The notes under the pieces are model-generated. The model searched no databases, had not been told where the DNA came from, and worked only from the letters and a program-made list of their open reading frames with translations. A stretch of DNA of 64,000 nucleotides, from positions 20,026,001 to 20,090,000 of the forward strand of contig OZ024743.1 in assembly GCA_964016885.1 (NCBI GenBank), given 5' to 3'. A program made the position numbers and the translations under genes. Positions 1 through 12,189 of the stretch are shown here, piece after piece. This DNA is from Eledone cirrhosa. Taxonomy: Eukaryota. Numbering within the stretch: the stretch's first letter is position 1; each line of letters starts with the position of its first letter.

Positions 1-1417
1 AACAGCATTAATTGAAAGATGTCATGCCTGTCAAGCATCTCACAATAGACAGTTCTTGGAACATTTGCAAAGTTCCATGGCAGACCATCTGCTTAGATAC
101 TTCTCAATTCTGAGATTTATCTTTTCTAATTTCAGTAGACTGTTATTGTCTTTTTGTCACCATGAAGCACACAGCTCATTCATGTGCCAAAACAAAGCGG
201 GTTCTTACTATGTTACATATACAAAAAAGGAGATGTAACATTATTTAATGGCCAGTAAAATCAGCCAATCACAGTGCATGCTAATTGTTTCTCCTTGTTT
301 GAACTCATTGTTTTACAATATAAAGCTTAGCCTGCAGCCATGTTCGATACAAATAAAAACAAATTATTTCAATGATGTAATTAATTTTTACTAATTATAC
401 ACATGAACCACACAGTGTATGTTAAAAGATATAACTTAAAAGTAATATACTAACATAATAATAACAAACTATATTTACATTTGTTTACATTTTCACTTCA
501 AGTCTTATAATTTAAATATATTGCATTATATCACATATATTTTAAATATGGGTTTTTCATTTGAAAGTTGTTTGAAAATTTGTTAAAGGAGAATTAGCAG
601 CTAAACTGATCAGATCAAGTAACTACATAAATGTTACCTTATTAGCTGTTAAAACATTGTTTAAATCTTCAAATAACTTAATAGCTTCTACAATTATTTA
701 TTATTACCATTACTATTTTTTCATCATTATTATCATCGTCTTTACTTTGACTTTTCCATGCTGGCATGTGTTAGATCGGAAGTTTTGAAGCAATGTTTAG
801 CAGACTCATTACCCTGATTAATACTAACCCTTTCACCACTTCTTACTGCATGCAGGGATACAGGATACAATGCACTTATTCAAAACTAGATACACACTGT
901 GATATTATCATTGTAATGGTTTTCTTTCTAAAAAGCCACTTTACTTTGCTATCAACTGAAAAATCTGATCCTTTTAATCAGTGCCTTGTTCGATAATTTT
1001 ACACTTGATTGTTGATGGACCTGCAATATATAAACAGATTCACACAAAATGATGGGAGGAGGGAAAGGGTGGTGATGCTGATGATGATGATGATGAGGAT
1101 GAGGAGGAGGGGGAGGATGATGATGATGGTTATGATGATTATGTGAGTATGGATGTATGTATGTATGCATGTGTGTATGTATATATGTGTATGAATAGGT
1201 ATCATTCAATTTAAAGTTTACCTTAGTTGCTTTAGGCATCATGACAGAGAAATTTAACTATAATAAATCTTGATTTAGTTATGATAGGCTGCACCAAATT
1301 TTATTCTATCTTGATTTATTGTCTTCAGGATACCTTTGGGGAACATCACATAATTCATCTGCTGTTAATACCTTCTCTCTATCCCTGCTACTTCTTCTTC
1401 TCCTTCCCCAAATCCCC

Positions 1418-1493
<76 letters not shown>

Positions 1494-2176
1494 ATATATA
1501 TGAATATATATATGTATATGAAGATGTTTATGTATATGAATAAGTATATGAATATATATATATATGTATATGAATATGTATATGAATATATATGAATATA
1601 TTATTACATCATTTTCAATTTTATATAAATATTTATTATTTAATTATTTTTGAAAATTTTGGAAATAAATACACCTGGAAGGTGTAGAAGAAATATGAAG
1701 TGGTGATAGTGAATCATATATTATATTATGTTATATTATATTATGTTTAAGCTTGAGATAGCATAGGCAGGATTTTATTTCCCTACAAGTCAGTTTGATA
1801 ATGTTTTATATCAAGGGGATTGAGAAACATTAAATATTTCTGACAGTGTGCTATTAGGAATCAAGTTCTCATCAGTGACAAATTGTATCTATGATGATGT
1901 AGATGAGATGTGTGGATTTAATACTGTGAGATCTAGAAAATTGGGAAATCTAGACATGCTCACTTAATGGTTAGTTGTAGGTGTTATTGTTGTTTAGCTC
2001 TAAATTGACGTTGATCAAGCAGACTAGTCCTCACGTTCATCCTAGCTATTATAATGCTACCTTTTCTACTTTCAGCATAATGTATCTATGACAACGTTAT
2101 AAAATGTATCCTCCCAATTTTTTAATATGGATATATATAGTGTGATTTGAGAGAGATTTTGTTGCTATTATTATTA

Positions 2177-2570
2177 AGGTGGTGGATTGGCAGTATTGAT
2201 AGAGCATCAGACAACATGCTTTGCCGCATAGTTCTGGTTAACTTTACCTTTCAACCTTCCAGGGTCAGTAAAATAAAGTATCAGTAACAAACTGGGGTTG
2301 ATTTAATAGCCTTTCCCCTCTCCTGAAATTGTTAGCTGTGGGCTTAAACCAGAAACAATTGTTAATAGATCTAATAGGGCGGTGGATTGGGAGTGTTGCA
2401 GTATTTCGTAATGGTCCTTTATATTCTGAGTTCAAATCCTGTCATGGTTAGCTTTGCCTTTCATCCTTAGAGGGTCAATAAAATAAAGGACCAGTAAAGC
2501 CCTGAAGTTGGTTTAATTGATTACCCCTTTAAATTGCTGGCTTTGTGCCAAAAGTAGAAACAAATATTAG
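2177..2570 (+). mobile_element. Two tandem tRNA-derived SINE copies
   Basis: ggcggtggattgg head, gagttcaaatcc B-box, body ctttgcctttcatcct...aataaaataaag and end ttgtgccaaaagtagaaacaa. Confidence 0.8.
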
Positions 2571-3339
2571 TAGATCTAGTGACCATGTAAAAGCTTGCTT
2601 GATTTCTCAAGTTGCAATTGAAATAACTACTGTTGAAGATGAGTATGATAATGATGATGATAAGTGATGCAATTAAATATTATAATAGGAAGGGCATCCA
2701 CCATTAAAACCGTACCAAAAAGGGTGGAGGACTCTTCTGTTGTGTCAAGGGCATGACAACATCCCTAGTGTTGGTGATCTACAATTTAAATGCACCTGTT
2801 ACACTGATATGAAGGGCATCTAGCCATTGAAAACCTGAAAACCACAGGGTTGGGAGAAATCTTCAGTTTTGTTGAAGACATGACAACCTCCCTAGCATTT
2901 GTACCATGATATAATGAACCCCGTGCATTCGATAGACTGCAGGGATATATGTAAGAAATAAGCAGGCCACCAGCTAGTCCAAGAGGTCATTAGAAATGAC
3001 TGATTACTGTCTTGCTCTGCACTGACCCATCCAACCCTTGCTAGCAGGAAAAATAGACACTAAAAGATGAAGATGATGAATAGATTGGTTGTTCCAATCA
3101 GCTATGTTTGAATAGATATGAATAGGAAGTTCCCAATAAAAGAAATAAGTTTGATTCAATTCAAATTCTTTGCAGGTTTCACATTATTATTCTTGTAAAC
3201 ATTCGATACTATGACTTAGAATTTAAAATATGTCATCTAAATTCTAAAGAGAGGATGTAGTCTGTTCATAGAAATTTAGCTGCAGACACTAAGAATGTGA
3301 TATAACCATAAAAAAAGTGTTTCTTTAGCTAATACTGAA

Positions 3340-3830
3340 GTTTGTTGTGTACTCTCACCTCTTCTGTTCATTATTTACATCAACAAGATTGAGATGTGCA
3401 GCCAGGTTGAAAGAGATGTCATGATTGGCAGATGTAAAATCAGTCGACTGGAATTTGCAGATGACATGGTGTTACTTAATAGGTGCTACAAATAGGAGAT
3501 CACCTTCTGTCGAGACAGAAGGTGATCTCCTATTTGCACTGGATAGGTTTGATGCTGAGTGCTGCAAAAACTGAGACACTTATCCTCTCAACGTAGCCTG
3601 TGCAGCACACTCTACATGTGAAAGGAGTTCCACTGAAGCAGGTACAGAAGTTCCAGTATCTCGGGGCCATGTTCACGAGTGATGGAAGGCAGGAGGCAGA
3701 ATTAAGTGCAACAATTGCAGGAGTTTATGCAGTAATGCACCAGCTTCAGCATTCACTAAGCAGAAGAACGGAGGCAGGCATAAAAGCCAAACTCAATATC
3801 TTCAGATCAGTATTCGTGCCAACTCTTCAA
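3340..3830 (+). pseudogene. Degenerate non-LTR retrotransposon RT/thumb fragment
   Basis: gaatttgcagatgacatggtg reads EFADDMV (YADD-type motif), preceded by a frameshifted 'LSP.LFIIY'-like segment. Downstream ORF 3600-3983 reads LKQVQKFQYLG...KAKLNIFRSVFVPTL, typical of LINE ORF2 after the RT core. Confidence 0.8.
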
Positions 3831-3944
3831 CTTTCTAGCACCCTCTTTGAATCCTTGCTGTTCCTAGCAAGGCTGATTTTCTGCAACAATCACACCCTGA
3901 TGTTTTTATTGTTATCAATATATATAACCATATATATATATATA

Positions 3945-5950
3945 TTAATGAAAAAGAACAAAGGAACTATTATGACATTATAAAAAGTTTAATGCCGACA
4001 GCCGTTTCGTCCGACCATATGGTGGGACTTTTCAAGGCATATAACAGGTGATTGTAAGTTCATTATTTACATCAACGTTTCACTCAAGATTAGCAGTTTG
4101 AAATTGTGGTATAGATCAACAGCTCCGCTTGTATATTTGGGGTCTATATTCTAAGGGGGCTCTTTTATATTAGTCGTCGGAGTTGTAAAATGGATGGGTT
4201 ATAGGGAGTTAAGAGAATTTGAAAAGGGCCTAAGAGTCAGGGATTGAAGGTTAAATTAGAGATTTTATAATTTACGCATTAAAAGTAAAAGACTTGGGAT
4301 CTCGTAGAAGCACCTTCAAAAAACCCTCAATAAGTGCATAAAGCTTATAAGCCCCAATAAACCTAACAAACCAGAAGAGACTAAAAAAATTTAAAAAATA
4401 AAAAAATAAAAATATAAAGTTTCCTAGAAAAATATAAAGTTTCCTAGAAAAATATAAAGTTTCCTAAAAAATTCCTTCAAAAGAAAAAAATTTTTTCTAA
4501 GAGATCACGTTAAAAAATTTCACAAAATTTACGAAGTTTTGATAATCCCTACTAAAGTTCTAAACTCAGAAATTAAAAATTAAAAATTAAAAATTAGGGA
4601 AAATAGCTTTCAATAAGATTTAACAGGTTAATAAAGTTAATGATTTAGGGAGTACATATTATAAATATTAAGATTTAATTTAGGATTTGAATTTTAAGAG
4701 TTCCAAACCCCGAAATTAAAAAATATAATGAATTTAAGATTAAGCAATCTTATATATCCATGATTAAAAATTAACGATTAAGGGGTTGAACATTAAATTT
4801 AATTTTAAGAATTAAGAAATAAATAGTTGAAAGAAACTAATCAATTAAAGGTTAATTCAAAAAGCCTTCAAAAAATCCCTCAGAAAAGGCCCCTTTAATA
4901 TTTTTAATAAGAACCTCTTCCGGGAGAACCTTCCAAGAATTAAAATTTTAGAGAGCCTTTAAAGATATATATAAACGAATTGAGGAAAATTACAAATTAA
5001 AAGTTAAAAATTACGGAATAATTATAAAATGTATTTTTAAGAAGGTATAAGGTAGCTTCAGTAATCTAATAATGTACTATCAAGAAATTATTATAAAATT
5101 ATTGATATAGGATTAACAAAGACATAATAATATATTCCTGCCTAATTAACAAACAATCAATAAACAATTAACAGTCAAGCAAAATTTGCTCAGGGATATC
5201 CCACGCTCGGATACTTTACACACATACAGCAACACATAGGATTAACAAAGACATAATGGTATATTCCTGCCTAATTAACAAACAATAAATAAACAATTAG
5301 TAGTCAAGTAAATTTACTCAGGGATATCCCACGCACGGATACTTTACACACATACAGCAAGATGAACAATACAGGTGACCTTGTGGGTGCGATATCCATT
5401 GTGCGCATGTAGTCATCTGCATAGCTCCAGGCACAGTTGGTCTTGTTTAAAAGTTCAGAGTTCACGAATCAACTGGGATTCACTATCAGATGTGTGGACT
5501 CTCTGGGAAATGTACCTGTGGATCAAATAGCTAGTGGTCGCTGGGTGTGGTCCGTTCGATCTTTTAGTTTCGAGGATTGCACGCGTTTGCGATAGATCAG
5601 CCTGCCGATTCTAAATCCAAGGTCTCGCTGCATAGGATGTACTGGTGTTCATGATATATTGGTAAAAAAAAGTCCAGTATGGATTTGACTGGGGTGGTAT
5701 ATTGCGTCTCTCACTAATATCTCCTCCTCTCACGAACTCCAAGCACACACGCGACTGGTCAAATGCTAAGGGCTGTCCCCTCTTTGTTTGTTGTAGGGGT
5801 CGGTTCTAGCTTAGATGGTGGTCGTGTTATCCATATTCCGTCAGCCATGCATATTCAAGACAGATCAGGGTATATATTTGCGGGTATGGTCCGGCGTCTA
5901 CGCTATCCAAAGGGTCTCTCTTGTGGTATTTTCAAATTCGCATGCGAATT
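3945..5950 (-). mobile_element. Non-coding (TA)n-inserted element with terminal hammerhead (non-autonomous Penelope-like candidate)
   Basis: Bounded by (TA)n at about 3930-3944 and 5950-5963. Hammerhead fold at 3992-4040, about 50 nt from the end. Strand-asymmetric AT tract at 4260-5100. Internal ~129-bp direct repeat (5108-5232 / 5237-5360). Confidence 0.6.
3992..4040 (-). ncRNA. Type I hammerhead ribozyme, U3-A8 core variant
   Basis: Minus strand: atgcc-TTGAAAA-gtcc(caccatatggtc)ggac-GAAA-cggctg-TC-ggcat. Stem I is atgcc/ggcat, stem II gtcc/ggac, stem III near-palindromic acggctgt, GUC site. Confidence 0.75.
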
Positions 5951-6012
5951 ATATATATATATATTTAGGTTTGTTGGTTCACCACTGGATAGAATTGGTC
6001 ATTCCGTATGGT

Positions 6013-6055
<43 letters not shown>

Positions 6056-6364
6056 TACAAAAAGATGCACCCTTTCCAGCTTTTTATATGGTTGTGGCAG
6101 TGCCACAATAAAATGCACCCAGTATATGCAATGAAGTGGTTTAGTGTTAGGAAGGGCACTCAGTAACCAATAACATTTCACCTATATCGATAACACCGTC
6201 ACTATTTAATGCCCCATTTTCCATATGTTTATGTATATATATATATATATTAGCCACATACATACAGATATATATATATATTTGCTCTAGGGTTCTTATA
6301 TATTTTATATATATTTATCCTTATCGAGCCTTCTTTGGATTTTAGTCTTCACATTTATTATTAT

Positions 6365-6436
<72 letters not shown>

Positions 6437-6533
6437 GGCTAATTGAATACGTGTTTTTTCTCAAAAAATTGGTATTTCCTTTCTTTCTCTTCTCTGCTCC
6501 ATCTTTCTATTTCTTTTGTTCTTTGCCATACTA

Positions 6534-6569
6534 TCTTTTGATGAAAGTGTAATGTCCAAAACGTTAAGA
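6534..6569 (+). ncRNA. Degenerate hammerhead relic
   Basis: tctt-TTGATGA-aagtgtaatgtcc-AAAA-cgtTA-agac. C3 and G12 appear mutated, stem III palindrome aacgtt, about 30 nt before a TA tract. Confidence 0.4.
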
Positions 6570-6919
6570 CACTTTTCCTACTATATCAAACATTAAACTC
6601 ATATATATATAGTAATTGTACTGTATTGTTTTGCTGAGTTGTTTTTCATTTACTTTCATATACATATAAATACATACATATATATATATGGTAATAAGGT
6701 AGTAATAAATTACTGTCTTTCACTATTTAGGGTTTAAAATATATATAACTATAAAAGGTTTTAGTATATACATAACCATAAATAGTATCCTTAATACTAT
6801 ATATATATATATATATATGTATGCATCTCTTTATTTATATTTCACATAGATGTGACTTCTACAGAGTTAAAACTCTTTCATTCATTTGAAATCATCAGAA
6901 ATACCCATATACATATATA

Positions 6920-7743
6920 TATCATCATCATCATCATCATCATTTTATGTCCGCTCTTCCCTGCTTGCAAGGGTGGGACAGGTCTTATTCAGCACAGCAT
7001 CTCTCCACTTGTCACGGTCCTTCGTCATCTCCACCGTGAGCTTCAGTGATCTGAGGTCTGTTCTCACCACTTCCGCCCATGTTTTTCGTGGTCTACCTCT
7101 ACCACGTCTTCCTTCAACTGGCATTTCCTGGTACTTCTTCACCCATCAGTCATCCTCCATGCGCATCACATGTCTATACCACCTCAGTCTCCTCTCACGT
7201 ACACTATATTCTATCCCTCTCAGACACAGTTTCTCTCTCAACACATTCATGCTGGGTCGTTCACGCACATTGACACTGCACATCCAACGGAGCATGCTTG
7301 CCTCATTTCTCTCCAGCCGAGGCATATCCTCTGCAGTTGCTGCCCATGTTTGACTACCATGCAGCATCGCGCACCTCACACAGGCATCATATAACCAGCC
7401 TTTTGTACGCAGGGAGAAATCCTTCTTCGTCAGCAGAGGAAACAGCTCCCTAAACTTCTTCCAACCCGTCCTTATTCTAGATACTATGGCCTCGGAACAC
7501 CCCCAAATCATGCTAATCTGATCTCCTAGGTACTGGAAGCTATCCACCACTTCTATAGAACCCACCTGCATTTGAAAAATGTGTCTATCAATGCGACTTC
7601 TACTGTCAAATTTCCCTGTACATCTACTGCATACATATTTCTCCCTACCTGTTAGTTTGCCTGCTATCCCACTGCATCTCTTGTGTACCAGGATCTGCAT
7701 TGTGTGCATTTTATAGAATTTATGCCAGTTCCTTTTCTGCATA
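6920..7743 (-). mobile_element. RTE-clade LINE 3' fragment (subfamily A)
   Basis: ORFs 7146-7742 and 6945-7142 (RRLRWYRHVMRM...GRGRPRKTW) followed by a (GAT)n tail. Homologous to about 9620-10440. Confidence 0.95.
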
Positions 7744-7860
7744 TCTATATATATATATTTATTAAAATAACATATTAAAGTTTAAGCAAAGAATCGCTGC
7801 TTTCACCCTTAACAGGATCTTCTGAAGATCCCGTAAAGGGTGTAAAGGGTGAAAGCAGCG

Positions 7861-10443
7861 GTTCAAGAAATGAAGAAGGAGTGAGACTTCTTGAATTTTG
7901 TGATGCGGGTACATTGACTATTTGCAACACAAACTTCCAGAAACCTGCCAATCACCTAATAACCTACAAATCTGGTGAGCACATAAGCCAGATTGACTTC
8001 CTGCTAGTTAGGCAGCGGGACAGGCAGATAGTGTCTAATACCAAAGCATACCCTGAGGAAGAATGTACCCCACAGCATAGGTTAGTTGTTAGTGATATCT
8101 CAGTAAGCAAGAGATGGAATGAGACATATAGGAAGGTGTGGAGAAGAAAGGTCTGGAAGCTAAAAGACCTTTCACTAAAATACAAATTTAGGAAAGCCCT
8201 TCAAGATGTGTATAACGAAAAAGAAGACGATTTAGAGATGTATGACATAGATAATAACTGGAATTTCTTACGTGACAACTTGCTGCAGGCTACTGATGAA
8301 ATCTGTGGCTGGAGCAGAGCTCCAACCAGACAGAGAGTGACCTGGTGGTGGAACAGCACAGTAGGTAAGGCTATTAGAGACAAAAGACTAGCATGGAAGG
8401 CTTGGAAAAAGGGTGGGAGTAGTGAAGAATATACAGCCACTAAGAGAGAAGCTAGACGTCAGGTGTACTTAGCACGCAGGGAGGCAGAGAGTAGGAGGTT
8501 TGCCAATGTTCTGCGACGGGAAGATCAGAGGCGTGCGGTGTTCCACATTGCAAGGCAGTGTGTCAATGCAAATCAGGATGTTGTTGGAGATAAATGTATC
8601 CGGGATGATGCCGGTGTACTTAGTGTCACGAATGATCAGAAAAAGGAGGCCTGGAAATGTCATTATGAGAGACTGATGAATGTGGAGAACGAATGGGAGA
8701 GAGAGAAATTACTCTTGGTGGATCCGACAGTGGGACCAGCTATTGAAATTGACGAATATAGGGTCCAAGAGGCGATTAGGGAAATGAAAAATGGTAAGGC
8801 TGCCGGACCATCAGGAATAGTTGCTGAGATGCTGAAGGCATCAGGGGACGTAGGCACTAAACTGGTTGCACGCATCATCAATCAGGCTATATATGGTGGT
8901 GTTATACCCAAAGACTGGTGCAGCAGTTTTCTCATAAATTGCTACAAAGGTAAAGGGGATGCTTTGGAGAGGAGCAATTATAGGGGTATGAAACTGATAG
9001 ATCAGGTTATGAAAGTGGCAGAAAGGATTTTAGCACAACTAATTAGAGAAAGGGTCAAACTAGATGAGATGCAGTTTGGTTTTGTGCCTGGGAAGAGTAC
9101 AACAGATGCCCTCTTCTTGGTGAGACAATTGCAAGAGAGGTTCTTAGAGAAGAATAAGCCACTATACTTAGCCTTTGTTGACCTAGAGAAGGCCTTTGAT
9201 AGGGTACCCCGATCTGTCATCTGGTGGTCCCTAAGGAAGCTAGGTGTTGAGGAATGGCTTGTGAGGACAGTGCAAACTTTGTACAGAGGTACTCTCAGTA
9301 AAGTCAGGGTAGGAATGGAGTTTAGTGAGGAATTCCAGATAAAAGTAGGAGTACATCAGGGTTCAGTCCTCAGCCCGCTCTTGTTCATTATAGTCCTCCA
9401 AGCCATAACAGAGGAGTTTAAGACTGGCTGTCCTGAACTTCTCTATGCTGTCGATCTGGTTCTTATAGCAGAATCAGTAGAGGAGCTAGAGAATAAATTC
9501 TGGCTATGGAAACAGCAGTTGGAAGCAAGAGGACTGAGAGTGAATCTAGCTAAGACAAAAGTGTTGATGAGTAGAAAAGAGGACAAAACCCTGATTCCGT
9601 CAAGGAAATGGCCATGTTCGATATGCAGAAAAGAAACTGGCATAAATTCTATAAAATGCACACAATGCAGCTCATGGGTACACAAGAGATGTAGCGGGAT
9701 AGCAGGCAAACTAACAGGTAGGGAGAAATATGTATGCAGTAGATGTACAGGGAAATTAGACAGTAGAAGTCGCACTGATAGACACACTTTTCAAATGCAA
9801 GAGGGCGCTATAGAAGTGGTGGATAGCTTCCGGTACCTAGGAGATCAGATTAGCATGGGAGGAGGGTGTTCCGAGGCCATAGTATCTAGAATAAGGACGG
9901 GTTGGAAGAAGTTTAGGGAGCTGTTTCCTCTGTTGACGAAGAAGGGTTTCTCCCTGCGTACGAAAGGCTGGTTGTATGATGCATGTGTGAGGAGCGCGAT
10001 GCTGCATGGTAGTGAGACATGGGCAGCAACTGCAGAGGATATGCGACGGCTGGAGAGAAATGAACAAGCATGCTCCGTTGGATGTGCAGTGTAAATGTGC
10101 GTGAACGACCCAGCATAAATGTGTTGAGAGAGAAACTGTGTCTGAGAGGGATAGAATGTAGTGTACGGGAGAGGAGACTGAGGTGGTATGGACATGTGAT
10201 GCGCATGGAGGATGACCGATGGGTGAAGAAGTACTAGGAAATGCCAGTTGAAGGAAGACGTGGTAGGGGTAGACCACGAAAAACATGGGCGGAGGTGGTG
10301 AGAACAGACCTCAGATCATTGAAGCTCATGGTAGAGATGACGAGGGACCGTGACGAGTGGAGAGATGCTGTGCTGAATAAGACCCATCCCACCCTTGCAA
10401 GCAGGGAAAAGCGGATGTAAAATGATGATGATGATAATGATGA
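7861..10443 (+). mobile_element. RTE-clade LINE, 5'-truncated (subfamily A)
   Basis: Starts inside the APE endonuclease (GSRNEEGVRLLEFC...SQIDFLL...PQHRLV) and ends in a (GAT)n tail at 10422-10443. Confidence 0.97.
7881..10094 (+). pseudogene. LINE ORF2 (APE C-terminus, RT, PHD finger), disabled
   Basis: RT motifs KAAGPSG, YKGKGD, QFGF, FVDLEKAFDRV, GVHQGSVLSP. The catalytic YADD reads YAVD, there is a frameshift near 10065 and a later TAG stop. Confidence 0.95.
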
Positions 10444-10527
10444 TTTTCTCTACGGTTCTAATCTATTTGATATATATTTATCCTTATCAAGCTCTCTTTG
10501 GATTTTAGTTTTCAAATTTATTATTAT

Positions 10528-10557
<30 letters not shown>

Positions 10558-10558
<1 letters not shown>

Positions 10559-10748
10559 ACGAAGGAAATGTGGTAAGGAACCAGATGGACCATAACGCAC
10601 CAAAGTACTCAATACTTAGGGTAGTAGAGTGGGTAATAGGAACGAATAGGACCCCGACGGCTGAGCTCAAGCCGTTTCGACGGCTAATTCTGGATGCAGA
10701 ATTAGCCGTCGAAACGGCTTGAGCTCAGCCGTCAGGGTCCTACTCGTT

Positions 10749-10753
<5 letters not shown>
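10558..10753. mobile_element. Fold-back stub of a hammerhead-bearing element in (TA)n
   Basis: 57-bp arms at 10636-10692 and 10697-10753 (2 mismatches). Each arm holds the 3' half of a hammerhead: gccgtc-GAAA-cggcttgagctcagccg-TC-agggtcc. A decayed relative lies at about 21635-21675. Confidence 0.65.
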
Positions 10754-10816
<63 letters not shown>

Positions 10817-11034
10817 ATCACTCAGATGATTGACGTTTTTAGCAATATGAAAAATTCTACGTTACAAAGAGAGTAGATATACTTCGTTTTCATTGTCTTA
10901 CAATAGTGTCAGGTGTTTTAACTGTCATCGTGCCAAGAAAAACTAATAGGTATGAACCTTTAGAATCTATGTATACTGAAAAAAACAGGGGGGAGAGGGA
11001 TATTGAAATTATAGTGGCAATAATATTTATAATA

Positions 11035-12180
11035 ATAATAATGGTTTAGGCACAAGGCCAGCAATTTTGGGGGAAGAGAAAATCAGTTAAATCAACCCAA
11101 GTCCATTACCGGTGCTTTATTTTATCGACCCCTTAAGGATAAAAAGCAAAGCTATCCTCGGCAGGATTTAAACTCAGAACACAAAGAGCCGCAACTCTAT
11201 GCTGCAAAGCATGGTGTCCCACACTCAACTGTTTCAGCCAGTCCATTAAAAACTAATAATAATAATAATGATTTCTATTAAAGACATAAGGCCAACAATT
11301 TTAAAGGAAGGAGAAAGTTTATTAAATCGACCTCAGTGCCTTATTTGTACATTATTTTATCAACCTGATAAGGACAAAAAGCAAAGCTAACCTTGGTGGG
11401 ATCTGAACTCAGAACATAAAGAACTATTTGCTGCAAAGCATGATGTGTGGGGCTCTACCGATACTGCCAATTCGCCATCATTATAATGGTCATAATAATA
11501 AAGTAAATTAATAATAAACAAAATAGGTAAATGAAGAAATTAATTTTTAAATTCATAGAAAAATGAGAAAATGCATCCCTAGAACAGCTTTTAAAACAGA
11601 TAATACTGTCAAAGACAGCAATGGGCAAAAGTGGTTGACAGCCAGTGGTTGACAGCGATAATCCACAAGGTGGATGACAGGCAGATGAAATATGGAAAAG
11701 ATTGAGAGAGGAAGTGGTGCATAGAAGTGGCTGGAAGAAGGAAAACATTTTTACATTAGAATTTAAGAAAAATAAATACAAATAAAATAATTGTTTCTAC
11801 TTTAGGCACAAGGCCAGCAATTACCCAGTACATTACTGGTACTTTATTTTATCGACCCCGTAAGGATGAAAGGCAAAGTTAACCACAGCGGGATTTGAAC
11901 TCAAACCGTAAAGGGACGTAACTATGCTAGAAAGCATGGCGTCCAACCCTCTACCGATACTTCCAATTCACCTAAAATAATAACAGTTTCTAATTTTGTC
12001 AAGGCCAGAAATTTTGGGGAAGGGGTCAATTTAAATCAACCCCAGAGCTTGATTGGTAGTTTATTTAAAGACCTGGAAGGGTGATTGGCAAATTTGATCT
12101 CAGTACGATTAAATTTAGAATGTTAAGACCTAGAATAAATACTGATAACAATCTAACAACTCTGCCAATCCACTGCCCTA
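11035..12180 (-). mobile_element. Cluster of four same-orientation tRNA-derived SINEs
   Basis: Copies at about 11040-11245, 11270-11478, 11790-11972 and 11985-12180 of the family seen at 23005-23228. Confidence 0.85.
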
Positions 12181-12189
12181 CAACTTCAA

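Noticed and set aside
1281-1595. IYIY/YIYI ORFs here and at 48297-48537 and 61809-62006
   Set aside because: Translations of (TA)n microsatellites.
5400-5440. Minus-strand peptide AWSYADDY, resembling an RT catalytic motif, inside the 3.9-5.9 kb element
   Set aside because: An in-frame stop lies about 15 codons upstream and no other RT motif is nearby. Probably chance, though tBLASTn against PLE RTs would settle it.
6695-6800. Minus-strand tagta-TTAAGGA-tactattta...taaatagt-GAAA hammerhead-like fold
   Set aside because: Two core mismatches and no valid stem III or NUH. Too weak in AT-rich DNA.
7964-10286. Multiple antisense ORFs over the LINEs (also at 19229-20347, 32092-33236 and 59727-60874)
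   Set aside because: Shadow frames of RTE ORF2 that recur only because the copies are homologous.
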